DNA from: Sphyrna mokarran | Taxonomy: Eukaryota | Assembly (NCBI GenBank): GCA_024679065.1 | Contig: JAGIQG010000009.1 | Coordinates: 101,060,001-101,124,000, forward strand | Direction of reading: 5' to 3' | DNA: 64,000 bases | Part shown: positions 1 through 14,110 of the stretch, in pieces | Layout: every line of letters begins with the position of its first letter | How positions within the stretch are numbered: position 1 is the stretch's first letter | Notes under the pieces: model-generated | The model's input: the letters and a program-made list of their open reading frames with translations, nothing else | Told to the model about the DNA's origin: nothing | The model's database searches: none | Program-made: the position numbers and the translations under genes

Positions 1-364
1 TTGAATTCATGTTACAAGTAGCATCTAGACCAGTTCCAGAGAGTAATTAGCTTTAGGGTTTGGCGATTAGGGCATCTAGGGAAGAAAAAAAGATGGATGG
101 CGGCGGTTATAAGAATTATCAATGAAGTGGGGCGGAAGGCAGCAAAATTGGAACACTCATGTTGACGTGGACTTAATAAATGGACAGTTAGTTAGGAATT
201 GTACCTTTCCTTGTTAAATTGGGTGTTTTTATTTCGATTATTATGTAATGATTGTATTCCGTAAACTCAATACCTTGACAAGTTAATTCATTTATATAAC
301 GATAATCAGTCAAAACAAATTTGTGAAATTAAACACTGTTGAAATGTTCGCACAGATAGCTTAC

Positions 365-1120
365 GCAGAAACATAGAAGATCGAAGCAGAAGGAGGTTAC
401 TTGCTCCACTTCAGCCATTCATCACGATCCTGGCCGGTATCCAAATTAACAGCCTGATTACCTCTTCTCTACGTAACCTTTGATCCCATTCGCGGAAAGC
501 GTTATGTCTAGCCATGGCACGGTAGCACAAAGGTAAGCACTGCTGCTTCACAGCCCTAGCGACATGGGTATGATCCTTGGCTTGGACCAGTGTCTGTGTG
601 GAGTTTGCACATTCCCCTCGAGTCTGTGTGGTTTTCCTTCGGATGCTCTGGTTTCCTCTTACAGTCCAAAGATGTGCAAGTTAAATGATTAGCCATGCTA
701 AAGATTTTTCCTTACAGTCGTGAGATGCGTAGGTTAGAGTTATGAACGGGCAAATATGTGAGGATATGGGGGTGGGAGATGGGATTGCCTTCGGTAAAGA
801 TTGGATGGGCCGAATGGCCTGCTTCTGCGCTATAGGGTTTCTAGTATTTCTAGCCGCCTGCTGCAGCAATTCAATATTCTGGTATCAACTATTTGATGTG
901 GCAATGAATTTCACAGCCTCATCACACTTTGAGTGAGAAAATGTCTCCTCATCTCCATCTTACATCCTCAGACTGCGAGCTCTGGTTTTAGATCATCCCA
1001 CCGTTCGGGTGCATCCTCCACTCATCTACTCTGTCTAGTCCGGTTAGAATTTTCTAAGTCTATATGAGATGTCTTCCTCATTTGCCTGGACTCCAGCGGA
1101 AACATCCTAACCTAATCAAT
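365..1120 (-). mobile_element. CR1-like LINE 3' end, interrupted by the SINE; paralogous copy at 8085-8465
   Basis: Reverse-strand CR1 3' tail pattern, shared between units A and B. Confidence 0.7.
514..844 (+). mobile_element. tRNA-derived SINE (shark HE1/V-SINE-like) with target-site duplication
   Basis: GGCACGGTAGCACA head, V-domain-like TGTGTGGAGTTTGCAC and LINE-like 3' tail. TSD tatgtctagcc (503-513) / tatttctagcc (845-855). Confidence 0.85.
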
Positions 1121-2490
1121 CCCATGGAGGAGGAAGCACGCTCAAGGGAGGACGAGATATCCATGGCTGACAAGGCAAGCAAAGTACAATATTAAACGAA
1201 AGGAAAAAAAAAAAAGTGACGAGGATTTGTGGGAAACCAAAAGATTAGGATGCCTTTAAAAACGCGTAGATGACAACAAAATATAGCAATACGAGGGGCA
1301 GAAGATGAAATGTGAGTGTAAGCTAGCTAGTAACATAAAATAGAATGAGAACTTTATTTTTACAATATATAAAAAAGAGAGAGGCAAAAATAGCCACTGG
1401 ACAATGAAATTGGGAGAAGTAATAATAGGAAAGAAGGAAATGGCGGAGGAACCGCATAGATAATTTGCATTAATCTTTACGATGGAAAACATCATTGGGA
1501 TGGCAGAGGTCCAGGAGAATCGGGAACACGGACATGTGTAGTGGCCATCATTAAGGAGAAGTCCTGGGGCAACTGAAAGGTCTGAATGTGGATAAGTCAC
1601 CTGGACCTGTGATCCACACTCCAGGAATCTAAAAGTGATAGCTGAGTAAATTGTGGAGGCATTGGTGTGATCTTTCAGGAATTCTTGGAGACAAGGAGAG
1701 GCCCAGAGCACTAGAAATTAGCTAATGTAACACCACTATTTAAGGCGGGAGGAAACAACACACAGGAAATTAAAGGCTAGTTAGCCTGCCTATGTTCATT
1801 GGCAAGATTTTATAGTCCATTAATAAAGATCAGATCGGGGAGTACTTCGATATGTACAATAAAATAAGGTGCAGTGAGCACGGTTCCGTTAAGGGGAGCT
1901 CACGTCTTACAAATCTGTTAAAGTTATTTGACGAGATAAAAGAAGAAAAACAAAATAAAGTAAAACCGGCCAATGTTATTTATTCAGATTTCTAAAAGGC
2001 CTTTAATAACATGCCGCATAAGAAACTGCAAAATAAGTTGAGAGTCCATACTATTAAGACGAAGAAATGGATAGAGGATTGGCTGGCTGGCAGAGTGCAA
2101 ATAATGGGGATAAATGGGTTTGTTTGAAGGTGGCAACTGATGACTATTTGTGGGCGTCAGAGTTTAGTGCTTTGAAACCAATTTTTCACAATATACTTCA
2201 ACGTTTTGGAAAATGTAACTGAAGGCATTGTTGCTAAGATTGCAGAGGGTACAAAGACATATAGAGGGACAGGTAGTATTGAGCAAACAAACGGTGACGG
2301 GGTATGGATGCTACAAAGGACTTGTAGAGATTATGAAAGTGGGGAAAGAATTGGCAGATAGAATGCAATGTGGAGAAGTGTGAGTTTATGCACTTTGCAA
2401 GGAGGAATGAAGGCACAGACTATTTTCTACATGGGGAAATCCTTAGGAAATCAGAAGTAGAAAGGGATTTGGGAGTCCTTGTACGATATA
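1120..2490 (+). mobile_element. CR1-like LINE ORF2/RT fragment
   Basis: Degenerate KSPGP, ANVTPLFK, DF.KAF and KCEFMHF motifs. Confidence 0.85.
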
Positions 2491-2528
2491 GTTATGTTAT
2501 TAAACCCGAGAGGCTGTCATATTGTTTA

Positions 2529-2530
<2 letters not shown>

Positions 2531-2563
<33 letters not shown>
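2531..2563. repeat. (TG)n microsatellite
   Basis: Visible in the sequence. Confidence 0.95.
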
Positions 2564-2565
<2 letters not shown>

Positions 2566-3094
2566 CTCATTCACATAACAGCACACTACGTGTGTCACTT
2601 TGAATAATTCGTTAGATGCCTATGAGCCTCCTCAAGATTGTCTTTAATTATAAACGTGTCTCCAATCCGAAGAGTGCTTCTCATAGAAGGCCAGAATCAG
2701 GGGTGTCAGTATGTTTGACAGTACTCGTAACATACGCAGGTGAAACTGCCTGTCTGGGTGGGTAATCATTACCACAGTCATGGAGCTCATACTCCAAGGG
2801 GCCGTCCTCATTTGGGGTCATTGCACCTACTCCGGTCTAATTTGATTTTGGAAGGAAGGCGTTTGTGCTAAAATCTCTCTGTTCAAAATGTTTCAATGAC
2901 CACTCGTCATTCAAATGTGTCCTTACAGACAACCTACTGAGGTTCAGTAGCCTCTTGAAACATTTTAATGTTTCAGATTTTTTGGAGATATACAAACAGA
3001 AAGGGAAAAGTGGCCAATGTCAGCACCTCTCAATGATCTTCGTAATTCTGAAACGCTTGTGCATCCCCTGCCTTCCCCGGAGCATTCATTTCAG

Positions 3095-3407
3095 CATTCC
3101 ATTTCTGACCAGCTGTTGGTCAAATATGCCCATATCTTCCTCAAGTGATGTTGTGCCAATTCTGACCGATTATCTAACTCAGGGGTATTTACAACATCAA
3201 GACAAAACAAAAATGAAAGTTACTGCTGTATTCAATTTGGCTTACGGGCTTTTTGCAGTTCCTCTTTTATTTTCCTTATATCTGGCGGAGGAAACAGGTT
3301 ATATATATTCAGTTACAGGCGAGAATTTTATGTGGCAACTGATGAAAAGGCATTTGCTGCATCTTCCGAAATGCATAATCCAAATATTATCATATTGCAT
3401 ACAGTAA
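3095..3407 (+). pseudogene. Unit A Ig-V-like exon remnant
   Basis: Homologous to 8470-8850: shared VT(A/V)(V/L)(F/Y)NL and AFAASSEMxNPNxxIL, with an internal deletion. Confidence 0.35.
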
Positions 3408-6400
3408 CTGCTATACTGCAAATGAAAAAATAAATATCATTCCCTGTCCGACTTTCTTTCAGTACATTTTATTGAGTCACTAAAAATTAGCATTAATAAT
3501 GGCAATTATTATCTGAATCCACTCTCAAACACTTAAGACATCAGATAACGAAAGACATCAGTTAAAATAAATTGATCTTACATTAGTGACTACAATATGT
3601 CAAAATCAGCGAGCGAGCACTGGCAAATGTTCTCATGTCTATCAGAATCCAAACAAGATATTACCTCCAGCTGCTGTTGTTCAATTAAAACATGGAAATA
3701 AAATGATAAAATAAGTCAATGAATAGCCGAAATTTTATTACACGTCATAAATAATGCAGGATACTCAACACACCCTCCTTCGATTTATTGACATTCGTCA
3801 GAGTGTTCATATACATCCCTGACCTCAATATAAGTAATGTCCTCCTCTTTGGTGAATAGCAATTCAAAGTACTCATTACAGGTCTCACCCACTTATTGTC
3901 TCTCCATGCATAACGTCCCACGTTTGTCGTTGAGCGGGCTTAGTTTTTCTTTCTCTTGCTATCTTCATGGTTCCATTATATGCATAAACACACCTTGGGA
4001 CTCCCCGTTATGCTTCTTGTGAAGACATTTCATGGCCCCCTTTAACTCTCCTATTTTCCTGCCTATGTGCTCTATAATCCTCAAGAGCTTCATCAGTTTT
4101 AATTTACATTCTCATATGCAGCCATTGCCTCTCACCCCCCACCACCTCACCACCACCAACACCACCCCCCCTCCCTCCTTCAGCCCCAAACTCTCCAGTT
4201 GATCGCCTGTAGAATATTTCTGACGTGGTTATTGTACCTCCAAAATTTCTGATGACAAAGCAAATTTATTTTATCCATGACTCCTCTATTACATCAACTG
4301 TCTAGTAAGTTAAAACAACTCTTAATCAATGTCGCCAAATGTTCCACTTTTTAAAATCCTCTATCATACCTGAACACCCAATGTCCAGACGTATTTCGCT
4401 GGCAATCGTTATCAGTTTTGAATCAGACCTCAGGTATCGTCAGAAATTTTTACTTTGCTGCAGATTGAACTGTTTTTTTTTTATCTAGCCGCAGCGTCTG
4501 GCAGGTATAAAAATGTACGACTTACTTGATATTGCCTTTCTTTCAACATATTGGTGCTCCGTCAAAAAAAACAATATTTTTCTTAATCTATTCTTACATT
4601 TATTTTTTGAAATACTAATACAAGTATATTTTCCTTTCTGAGTTTCCATTTTGGCTTATTGTAAAATCCTTTATAGTTGCACGTCTTTATGAGGCATTTT
4701 TGGACCACAAGTGCAATTAAGCCAGGTATGGTTGGGACAAACAGTTGTTTCCAAAATTCTTCGGCCTTGAATTTATTGGAATGACAATTATAGAGACGTA
4801 TAGGGAAGATAGAAATATACACGTTTGGACAGACTTTAAGTAATTCAGCCCACCAATCTCGCTCCATCATTTTATACGACCCTGCATGATTTCCGTCTGG
4901 CTTTTCCCCATAACTCTTTATTCCGTTTTTGATCAAATGTTTATGCATCTCATTCTTGAATCTATAAACTGACATTCATTTCCTTTACTGTACTGATCAT
5001 TGAAATGAAAATCTGAGGGTAGAAACACAACAGAGTCACAAATACAAGATGGAAGTACCTGAGGATATGATAGTTTGTGACGAAATACATGACATGGCAT
5101 TGAAACAATGATTAATTCCGTTAAGAATGCCAAATCATAGTGAACAATTGATCTTGCTATTGAACCGCTTTCTCATTTACGTTGGAGGCGTTGTTTCTGG
5201 GAAGGGAGAAGTGTGTAGTTGCAGAAAAGAAAGAAAATAAAAAATGATTTTGTTGTGAATCTGCATTGTCTTTGATTGCATGCCTTTCAATTTCCAGCCA
5301 AGTTTTCAGAGAGTACAAATGACAATACTCGGACCCCCACTTCCCATGAGCCATTTCAGCACATTGTCCTCCATAAGGTTTTCTACATCAGCTGCAAATA
5401 GAGTAAGTTAATTCATCTTACTTGCATGATCAAGCAGCGAACTCACCATACAGTTCGTCCTTCAATCTTTGAATCTCTGAAACAAGTTGAAATACTGCTG
5501 AGACCTTGAGGAAAAAAGAACCGCCCTTCACTATATCACAATAAAACAAAGAGGGGGAAATAGTAGTCTGGATACTTGACTTATAAGTAGACCCATTAAG
5601 ATCTGGGATGACACTAGATAGCTAGCTATATCACCTTCGATCTAAACTCATGTTCCTCAATCAAGATCAGTGGGCCCTTGACTGGGTTCCACTAGAGGTA
5701 GTCAAAACCGTCGACGAGCAACGTAAAGACTCGAACAAGGCACTCAATGAGTGTGCTAAAATATCTATGATCTCATAATATAATTTAATATAAATACGTC
5801 TGTAATTATAACGTCTTTATCAAGACCAGTCAATTCAGTGGCCTAGCCTAGGGCACATGGGTACATTTTTACAGGGCACAGCAAGGCATTAAGCCCCACA
5901 TTTTGGGACAGTATGTGGCTTCCTGGTATGGATCCTAGAAGAGAGCGTTTTTTTTTGCACAGATGTGCAAGCTTTCATGGATCCGCAAGTTCCTTGCACC
6001 CTGGTCCGATTCAGCCCCATGTCCTTGTACCAATGGGAAAGCAGGGAAGACAAGTATCAAAAGGATAACTGACAAGTGTTGCCATCGCTGTGAAAGTTAA
6101 TGGAGGAGTTCAGGCTCTTTGAGAAGCAGAACATCAAGTTATTTAATACGCATGTTGTCCGCCAGTGAAAGATAAGATTAAAGGCAAGAAAAGCAAAATC
6201 CTTTTAATTAATTTTCATATAAAATTAAATATGTGAAGTAAAACTATTCATAAGCGCACTGCCGTCTCAATTCCCCAAACAGCCTCCCCACGCCCCACCT
6301 TCTCCAACGCCACGAACCCGCTCCTTGCTGCTGCAGTTAGTACGCTCAGGCTGAGAATGCAGGGGAAGGCTAAAAAATAGTTAAATCTACATGGTCCAAA

Positions 6401-6499
6401 CAGGAAATACTGCTCATAGTGACACTCATTTGTCACTGATTGTCTCAACAATAATTGCTGTCTATACTGCTGGTTTTACGAGAGTAGGTCTAAATGAAA

Positions 6500-6880
6500 T
6501 TGCCTCCGATCACAGCGGTAGCTTCAAAAAATAAGGAAGGATATTACAGTTACCAATTTGGAGCCGCGCTTGGGGGTTGAGCGTGTTAGTGACGCGGGAA
6601 AACTAGCTCGCTTCCTCAGAAATTAATGCGGGCGTATTTAAGCGTAGAGTTATGACAAAACCGTTCCGGATCTTGAATCGAAACTCCAAAGGCTTTTAAC
6701 AATGCCATACGCAGACTGCCTCCAATCGCCTATCAGCTCTCGGCTTCTGATTGGGGCAGAAGGGAGGCCGGGAAGTTCCTTCGACTTTGCAGAGAGATTC
6801 TTACTTGGTCCCGATCTGAAAAATAATAATATCTGGCCATATCCAGAATGCTATTCCGGTACGCCCACGCAGGTAACCCG
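6500..6880 (+). promoter_or_regulatory. CpG-enriched promoter-like region of unit B (paralog at about 15250-15960)
   Basis: Local CpG enrichment, CCAAT at 6722, ATTGG at 6750, and NF-kB-like GGGAAGTTCC at 6770-6779 just upstream of the first donor site. Confidence 0.45.
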
Positions 6881-9800
6881 GAGAGTTTGCTGAGCAGTTC
6901 AGGTGGTTTTCAGATATGCTGTCAGCATTGCGCTAATACCAACTTCAGCGTTGTTTACAAAGGTACAGGAGTATATTGGCCATCTTCATATTCCACTCAG
7001 ATGTCGCAATTTTATGTTTATTTTGCAGGGATAATAACAAATGCGCGGCCCACCGTACTGCCTACACTGAGTTACCTTTTAAGTGATAATGTGAGGGATT
7101 GCGTAGTAAAATCCGTGTGAAAGTTTATGTTGTAACAAAGTTATTCATTCATATTACTATTCACAGAGCTAAACATTCAATTTCTGTTTTGTTCCCTGTA
7201 CCTCTTTCTTTATATCTCAGGTTATCTTCTGTTGTGATAAAATGAAGACATATATTGAGACTGGTGGCAAATGTAATTTTGACCGTAATTCAAAATAAAG
7301 CGTATCTAAAATATGCTGAAGAATTCAATGTTTCATTGAAATTACGTTTTTCTTTAAAAGTATATTGACAGCATGCTTTGATTGATATGACCTTGTACCG
7401 AGACATTGAGAAGTTCGTGATCACACATCATATTTTCCAGTTAGTTGTGGACTACTTCTCAGAGTGTAATTTCGACAGTGTAAACTCTCTGCTAATTTGT
7501 GGAGAAAGGGGAATACATTTCATGCAAGGGTTTATTTTCTTGGAAAACCACCTCCTTCCATTGTTTACTATTTAAATTGCCTTCTGCCATCACTAAAGTT
7601 GTTATAAAAGTGTTAGATATAATCAAGTTGTCTTCTCATTAAAGTAGCAAATCGAGTATTGTGGCCCCTTTGACCTGGTTTGCTGTTGTGCAGTTTTGTC
7701 TTGAACTCTGTAGCAGATATGTTTGAATTCACATTATAGGTAGCATGGAGACCAGTTCCATAAAATATTTAGCTTTAGCGTTTGGCGATTAGGAAATCTT
7801 GAAACAAATATGGATGGCCACGGTTAGAAGAATGTTAATGAGAAGGGGTGGGAAGCAGCAAGATTGAAACACTAATGTTGACGAGCACTAACTAAATGGA
7901 CAGGTAGCTGAATACTGAATCATACTTTCCATTTTTAAAGTAAGTGTTTTATTTAATCGAGCCTTGTATAATGTTTGCATTCTCTAATCTCAGTAGCTTG
8001 GCAAGTTAAGTTATTATGCATAACGACAATCAGACGAGGTAGATTTGTTAAGCACTGCTGAAATGTTAGGACACGTTAGGAAACAAAGGATCATAGAAAA
8101 TAGGAACAGAAGAAGGCCATTTGGCCCTTTGCACCTCTTCCACCATTCAGCACGATCCTATCTGATCATCCAAATCAATAGCCTGATTATGTCTTCTCTC
8201 TATTTGATCCCAGTCGCGCCAAATGTTATTTCTAGCCACCTACTGCATAGATCCAATGTTCTGGTATCAACTATTTCATGTGGTAATGAATTCCACAGAC
8301 TTATCACTCTTTGGGTGAGGAAATATATTCTCATTTCCGCCCTAGATCATCTACCCAAATGCTCAGACAGTAAGCTCTGTTTTGTACACTCCACCATTCC
8401 GGAACATCCTCCTTTCATCTACTCTGTCTAGTCCTGTTGGAAATTTCTAAGTCTCCGTGAGATGCAGTATAACATTTTCGATCAGCTACTGGCCAGAAAT
8501 GTCCATATATTTGCCAAATGAAATGGAGTCAATTTTGATTCATAATTCAGGATAATTTGTAAGATCAGGGCAAAAGAAGAAAAACAAAATGTTACTGTCC
8601 TATATAATCTTCCTCACCGGCTTTCCTCAGGTCATCTTTTAGTTTTGGCATATCTGAGGGAGGAAAGAAGAAATAAATCTCATTACAGACCAAGTTTTAT
8701 GTTTTTATTCCGAAAAGGGTGCATTTGCCGAGATATACTGAAAAATAAATAATCTCCCCAGTTTCTAATAGATATTTGGTTTTTTTTGTTTGCATTTGCT
8801 GCATCATCAGAAATGGAAAATCCAAATTCTGTCATATTGAATATTGTTAACTGCAAAAGTGCAAATGAAAAAAAAACCTGATCATGTTCTGTCCGAATTT
8901 CGTCCGCATATTTTCTTGACTCACTGGAGGTTAACAATAATAATTGCAATTTTTAGGCTGACGTTGATGTAAAACTTTTCACACGCCAGTTAATGAAATA
9001 ACAACGAGTTTTAAAAATGATCTTATTAAAATACGTCAATAATGGAACGTGAAACTGCTGGCAATTTTTCGCAATCCTATCACAATTCATTGCCTCTAGA
9101 TCCAGTTTCTTTTGTTCAATCGCACAGAGAAAAATCCATGAATCGCCTAAGATATCGCTCCAACCTCCCTGGAATGCATATACACAGAATTGGTTATTCT
9201 TTATACTATTGGAACTACTTCAATGGGATGTTGAAAATATCTGTTAAAGTCTCAGCTATTGTTTCCTTGCCTCCCGCAGTAACTTGAGATAGGTTACATC
9301 GATATCTGTGTCGTACCTACCTTAATGCGATTTAGGATACCCAAAACAAACTCAATGTATTGACACTCTTTAGAGCACCGCCACACTAATTCCTGGCCTG
9401 AGCATCAGACATGTCCTCCTATTTGGTGAATGCAATTACAACTTCTTTATTACTAATCTCACCCACTTGCTGTGGCATCATGCATACTTCCTTCCATCGT
9501 CCATGAGTGGGTCTATTCTTCCTCCTGCTGCCCGCTTGCTTCTATTATAGACGTAAAACGTCTTGGGGTTCTCCTTTATCCTGTTTGCTAAAAAAAATGC
9601 CACGTTTAGCCCTTTCAATTTTCTCCCTAATTTATTTCCTACTTTCTTTATACTCGTCACGAGCTTCAGTTCACTCATTAGTTCCCCTTTAGTTTGATCA
9701 CCATTTGACCACCTGGATGTTTCTGGCATCGTTATTGCGCCTCTAATATTTCTAAGCTCTAATCAAACGTATTGTACTATTGACTCCCCTGTTGTATCTT

Positions 9801-11669
9801 CTGCGGCAGAATATAATGTTAGATGAATATTACTCAGTTCTCACTTGAAAAAAAAACTCAATAATTCCCGAACACCCAGTGGCCAGAAATATTTCGCTGA
9901 CAAACGTTCTCCTGTTTGAGATTCATCGCTGGTATCATCACAAAACATTTTTATATTTCTACAGGACAAAAAAAAAGTTGCATTCTTTATTATTAGCATC
10001 ATAAATAAGTTATAGTTCTCCAAGCAAGTGCGTTTGCTTCAAAACATTAAGATGTTTATTGTTTTCTTCCCGTTCTTGTGCACTTTGATAATGATGCACG
10101 ATCATTTAAAATTTAATTCTTACGCTTCTTTAATAACAGATATTACAACAGATCAAAAGTTGTTGTGTCAAAAATATCCCTAACATGCTCATTTTTGAAC
10201 TAGCTATATGTTTTAAGAATACTAAAATGAACTTATGTTTTATCGATTGGAAAATATAAAAACAACAATGTTTTTACACTAACAACGGCATTCGAATGGA
10301 TTAATAGCTTGATAACATACTGTATGACTATGAACCACGAATTCCACGTTGATCAAGACATGGTTTCCATCAAACTGATTCTTGCAACATTTTGTTTTTA
10401 CAGATGATAACATATTTAACATTGGAATGCACTGTTAGCTAATCCAGCACACCATGAGGTAACATTCTGATAGCTGATGGCATCCTTCAGAGACAATAGT
10501 TCAAGTAATGTCAATAAAGAAGGAGCATACACAGCTTGCAATTAGCATAATTAAATAAGATGTGTTTTTAACTTCTAGCAGAACTATGTGATTACTCATT
10601 AGCTGCAGTTGCCTGATATAAAGGATTCAAATAATGTTGAATGAACGTTTAGCACTAGATTTGTAGGCGGATGTCTTAATTATTGGTATATTAAATAATT
10701 GGAATTTCGTGATTGGATGCAAGTTTGGAAAGCAAAACAAATGACTTGGAATATTTTTTGCAGATTGTTCTCGTCACTATAGCATTTACGTGTGAAGCGT
10801 GAACCGTTTAAAACAGCAAAGCAGCACATCCAGTTTCATGAATGTCAGCACGAAATTTTTTGTATTTTTTTTTATTGAGGTCGATTGGGAGGAATCTAGT
10901 TCTCATCCCAAGAAAGAGATTAAAGAACAGATACGAGAGAACACATAATAAAATATAGAAGGACTCAAATTTTGTTTACATTTAAGCATAATGAGTGGAA
11001 ATGTGGAGCCTACGGTTCTGAAAGGAAATATAATATGGAATCAGTTGATCAAGTAACTACCACTTTAATAGATGAAAAATGCTTGAATCAGCATGGCAGT
11101 TTCTTCAGTTGAGGTTATTGGAATTAGAAATGATACGTATCAGAACATGGCATTCAGTAAAAAAAGCCAACACGATACGATGTTAAGTATTTTTAGCAGT
11201 CGATATATATTTTCAATTACAAGTGATACAGCCTTTTCACAAATAATGCACATACACTAACCTGCAATCCTAGGCAATATTGCATGAGTTTTACAATTCA
11301 TTGTATTGAATCTGGATTGATCTGTTTCACAGTCGTAGACAAATGCAACCTTTAGATATTCACCTAATCGAAATTCGCAACATAATTATTTTCGGTAATA
11401 AAACATAATTTGTACTGAAAAAAAAACATAAAATGACGTTGAGAAACTCTGAGATCTCAAAAAGACGAAATCTATCTGAAACCGGAGTAATGAATTAAAT
11501 TCAGCGCAAAGACTAGAAGAAAACAATAGGAAGGTGCACCATGTTGGTTTTCGTAGAGAAAGGGTGAAGTATGCTGCAATAGGTCTATGACATGAAGAGC
11601 AACAAAAATATTGTGTGGGATAACGGCAAGACGACATTTGAAACCTTCCCTGTTATACCAGCTGATTGA

Positions 11670-12460
11670 TTGATTGACTTATTATTTCACGTGAACTAAC
11701 ATAGTATTGTTTATTGTGCGCTACAGAGACAAAACGGACCGTTAATGCAGAAGGAAACGAGAGAGAGCAGAATGTAGTGTTACAGTCATCCCCAGGTGTC
11801 ACGAAAGATCGACTTAATGCAAAGTACGTCCATTCAAAATCTCACAGCAGCCGGGAGAAAGCTTTTCTTGAATCGGTGATTATGTGACCACTGCCTTTTG
11901 TATCTTTTGCCCGACGGAAGAAGGTGGAAGAGAAAATGTCGAGTGCGTTTGATCCTTAATTATGCTGGTTGAGAACACAGCCTTGTGGTGCACGGGTGTT
12001 AAGGATGATCTTGGATGAAATTTGTTGCCCATCCTTACTGATTGTAGTCTGTGAGTTAGAAAGTTCCATATCCAGTCGCAGAGGGAGCTGCCGAAGCCTA
12101 GGGCACGGAGTTTGGAGATGAGTTTCGTGGGAATAATTATGTTGAAAGCTGAATTATAGTCAATAAATAGGATCAGTCATAGGTATCCTTATTATCTAAC
12201 TATTTCAAGGTCGAGTGCAGGGCTAGAGAGGTGGCGTCTGCGGTGGACTTGTGGCTTCGGTAAGCGAACTGCAGTGAATGCCGGTAGTCCAGGAGGCTTC
12301 AATTGATTCGTGCCATGACTAGCTTCTTGAAGCATTTCATGTTGATGGATGTCAGAGCAACCGACTGATAATCATTAAGGCACGCTGCACGCTTGGTTTT
12401 TCTTAGGTACCAAGATGATGGTCGTCTTCGTGAAGCAGGTAAGGGAATCAGACCATGTGC
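11670..12460 (-). mobile_element. Rex1/Babar-like LINE fragment
   Basis: CLNDYQSVALTSINMKCFKKLV (ORF 12299-12499) plus the 3' UTR. Confidence 0.8.
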
Positions 12461-12544
12461 TGACTTGAACCGTCTATCTACGTTTGGCCTCACTGGCATG
12501 TGGCATAGGAAGTACTCTTAGATTAAGGCCGAATAAGTCATGCT

Positions 12545-13200
12545 TTTTAATTTCCTACTGCTGCTGCAGACCGCGTCACACTTCCTAGCTATGCCACCAG
12601 GACAATCTCTGATTGCTCACCTTCTCCCTGCAGAACATATTCTGCCCGTTCAGAGACATCCTGAATCCTGATACCAGGGAGGCAACATTCCACCCTGGAA
12701 TCTATTTCACGCCCACAGTAGAGCTATCAGTAACCCTAACGAAATAATCCTCTATAATCATGATTCTAGTTCTCTTTGTCCCTCCCTCCTTTGCAGCACA
12801 GCCTGACGTGGTGTCACTGTTCTGGCTGTGCAGCATTTAGCCCTGATAGGCCATTCCCCAGTCCCCACATCTATTTACTTAATAGAGGTGGGGACGACTA
12901 CAATGAATTTATGCAGTTACTGTCTGCCCCTTCTAGCGGGCACTCATCTATCTCTTTGCTGCTTGGATGTCACCACATCACTAAAACACTTCTTTGTTTT
13001 ACAGGAACCTCATGCTCATTAGAGCATGCAAATTCTGCTCCAACCATCTCTGCGGGGCTTCATTTGGTTGGATGCACTTCCTGCACATGTATTCGTCCGA
13101 GATGTGCAAGAGTTATGGATTTCCCACATCATACTAATGCAGCAGCAAACGCAATGACTGGCATTTCAATCCCCAACTAAATTATTTAAGACAATTCATT
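12545..13200 (-). mobile_element. CR1-like ORF1 (esterase-type) fragment
   Basis: Reverse-strand CLPGIR-type motif near 12670-12690, typical of CR1 ORF1. Confidence 0.55.
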
Positions 13201-13249
13201 AAACGCTTGACTTCACCTGTGGCTGCAGATGCTTATTTTCTACTTATCT

Positions 13250-14110
13250 TTTACTGTGTTGCCAAATTCCCCTCCAACTCGATTTTCAAGTTTGCTGGTG
13301 ACACCAGAGTTGTCGGTAGGATCTCAAATAATGAAGAGATGATGAGCGGGGAAGAGATAGAGAAACTGATGAACTGGGGCGACGAAATTAATTTCTCCCT
13401 CAATGTCAATGAAACGAAGGAAGTAGTCGTAGACTTCAGAAAGCAAAGAGAAGCGCATGTTCTTATCTATATCAATGGGGACGAAATAGCAAAAGATCGA
13501 GAGCTTCAAGATCTTAGAAGTACAGATCACCAACAAACGTCCTTTGTCCCTTAGCGCAGACGCTATAATGAAAGAAATCAAGCAAAACATGTAATTTCTC
13601 AGGAGACGTAGGGAAGTTGGCATGTCCGCAAAATCTCTCACTAATTTCGACAGATGCACCTTGGAAAATATATTTTCTGGTTGTATCGCGACTTGGTATG
13701 GCTCCTAGTCTGTCTAAGACCGCATGTAACTAGAATGCTCAATTCAGCCTAATAGCCATGAACAATGTTTACACTTCCTATTCCCTCGGAAGATCAGTCA
13801 GCATAATAAAAACACCCAACGCGCCCAGGACATCCTCTTTTACGTTCTCTTCTGTCTTCTGTTGGGAACAATCCGAAGCCTGACGTCACGCGGCAACCGA
13901 CTCAAAAACAGCATCTGCACTGCTGGCATCAAAGTTTGGAATAGACCTACTTTCGCATTAGGTTGATATTTTTCTACACCTTAGCTACGGCTATAACGCT
14001 ACTTTCTGCACTCTCTATTTCCTTCATTATGTACCGTATACATTGTCTGTATTGTCGACAAGCAGCACAGTTTTCGCTGTTCAATGATACATTTATCAAT
14101 AATAATTCAA
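13250..14110 (+). mobile_element. Rex1/Babar-like LINE 3' part
   Basis: KFAGDTRVVGRISNNEE...LNVNETKEVVVDFRK, the C-terminal RT motifs. Confidence 0.85.

Noticed and set aside
2865-3407. 180-aa ORF as an intact gene
   Set aside because: It has a non-ATG start, and only its 3' part is homologous to unit B, where the frame is broken.
6870-7720. snoRNA- or miRNA-host gene suggested by short exons and introns
   Set aside because: I found no paired C/D or H/ACA boxes and no conserved hairpin shared between the units.
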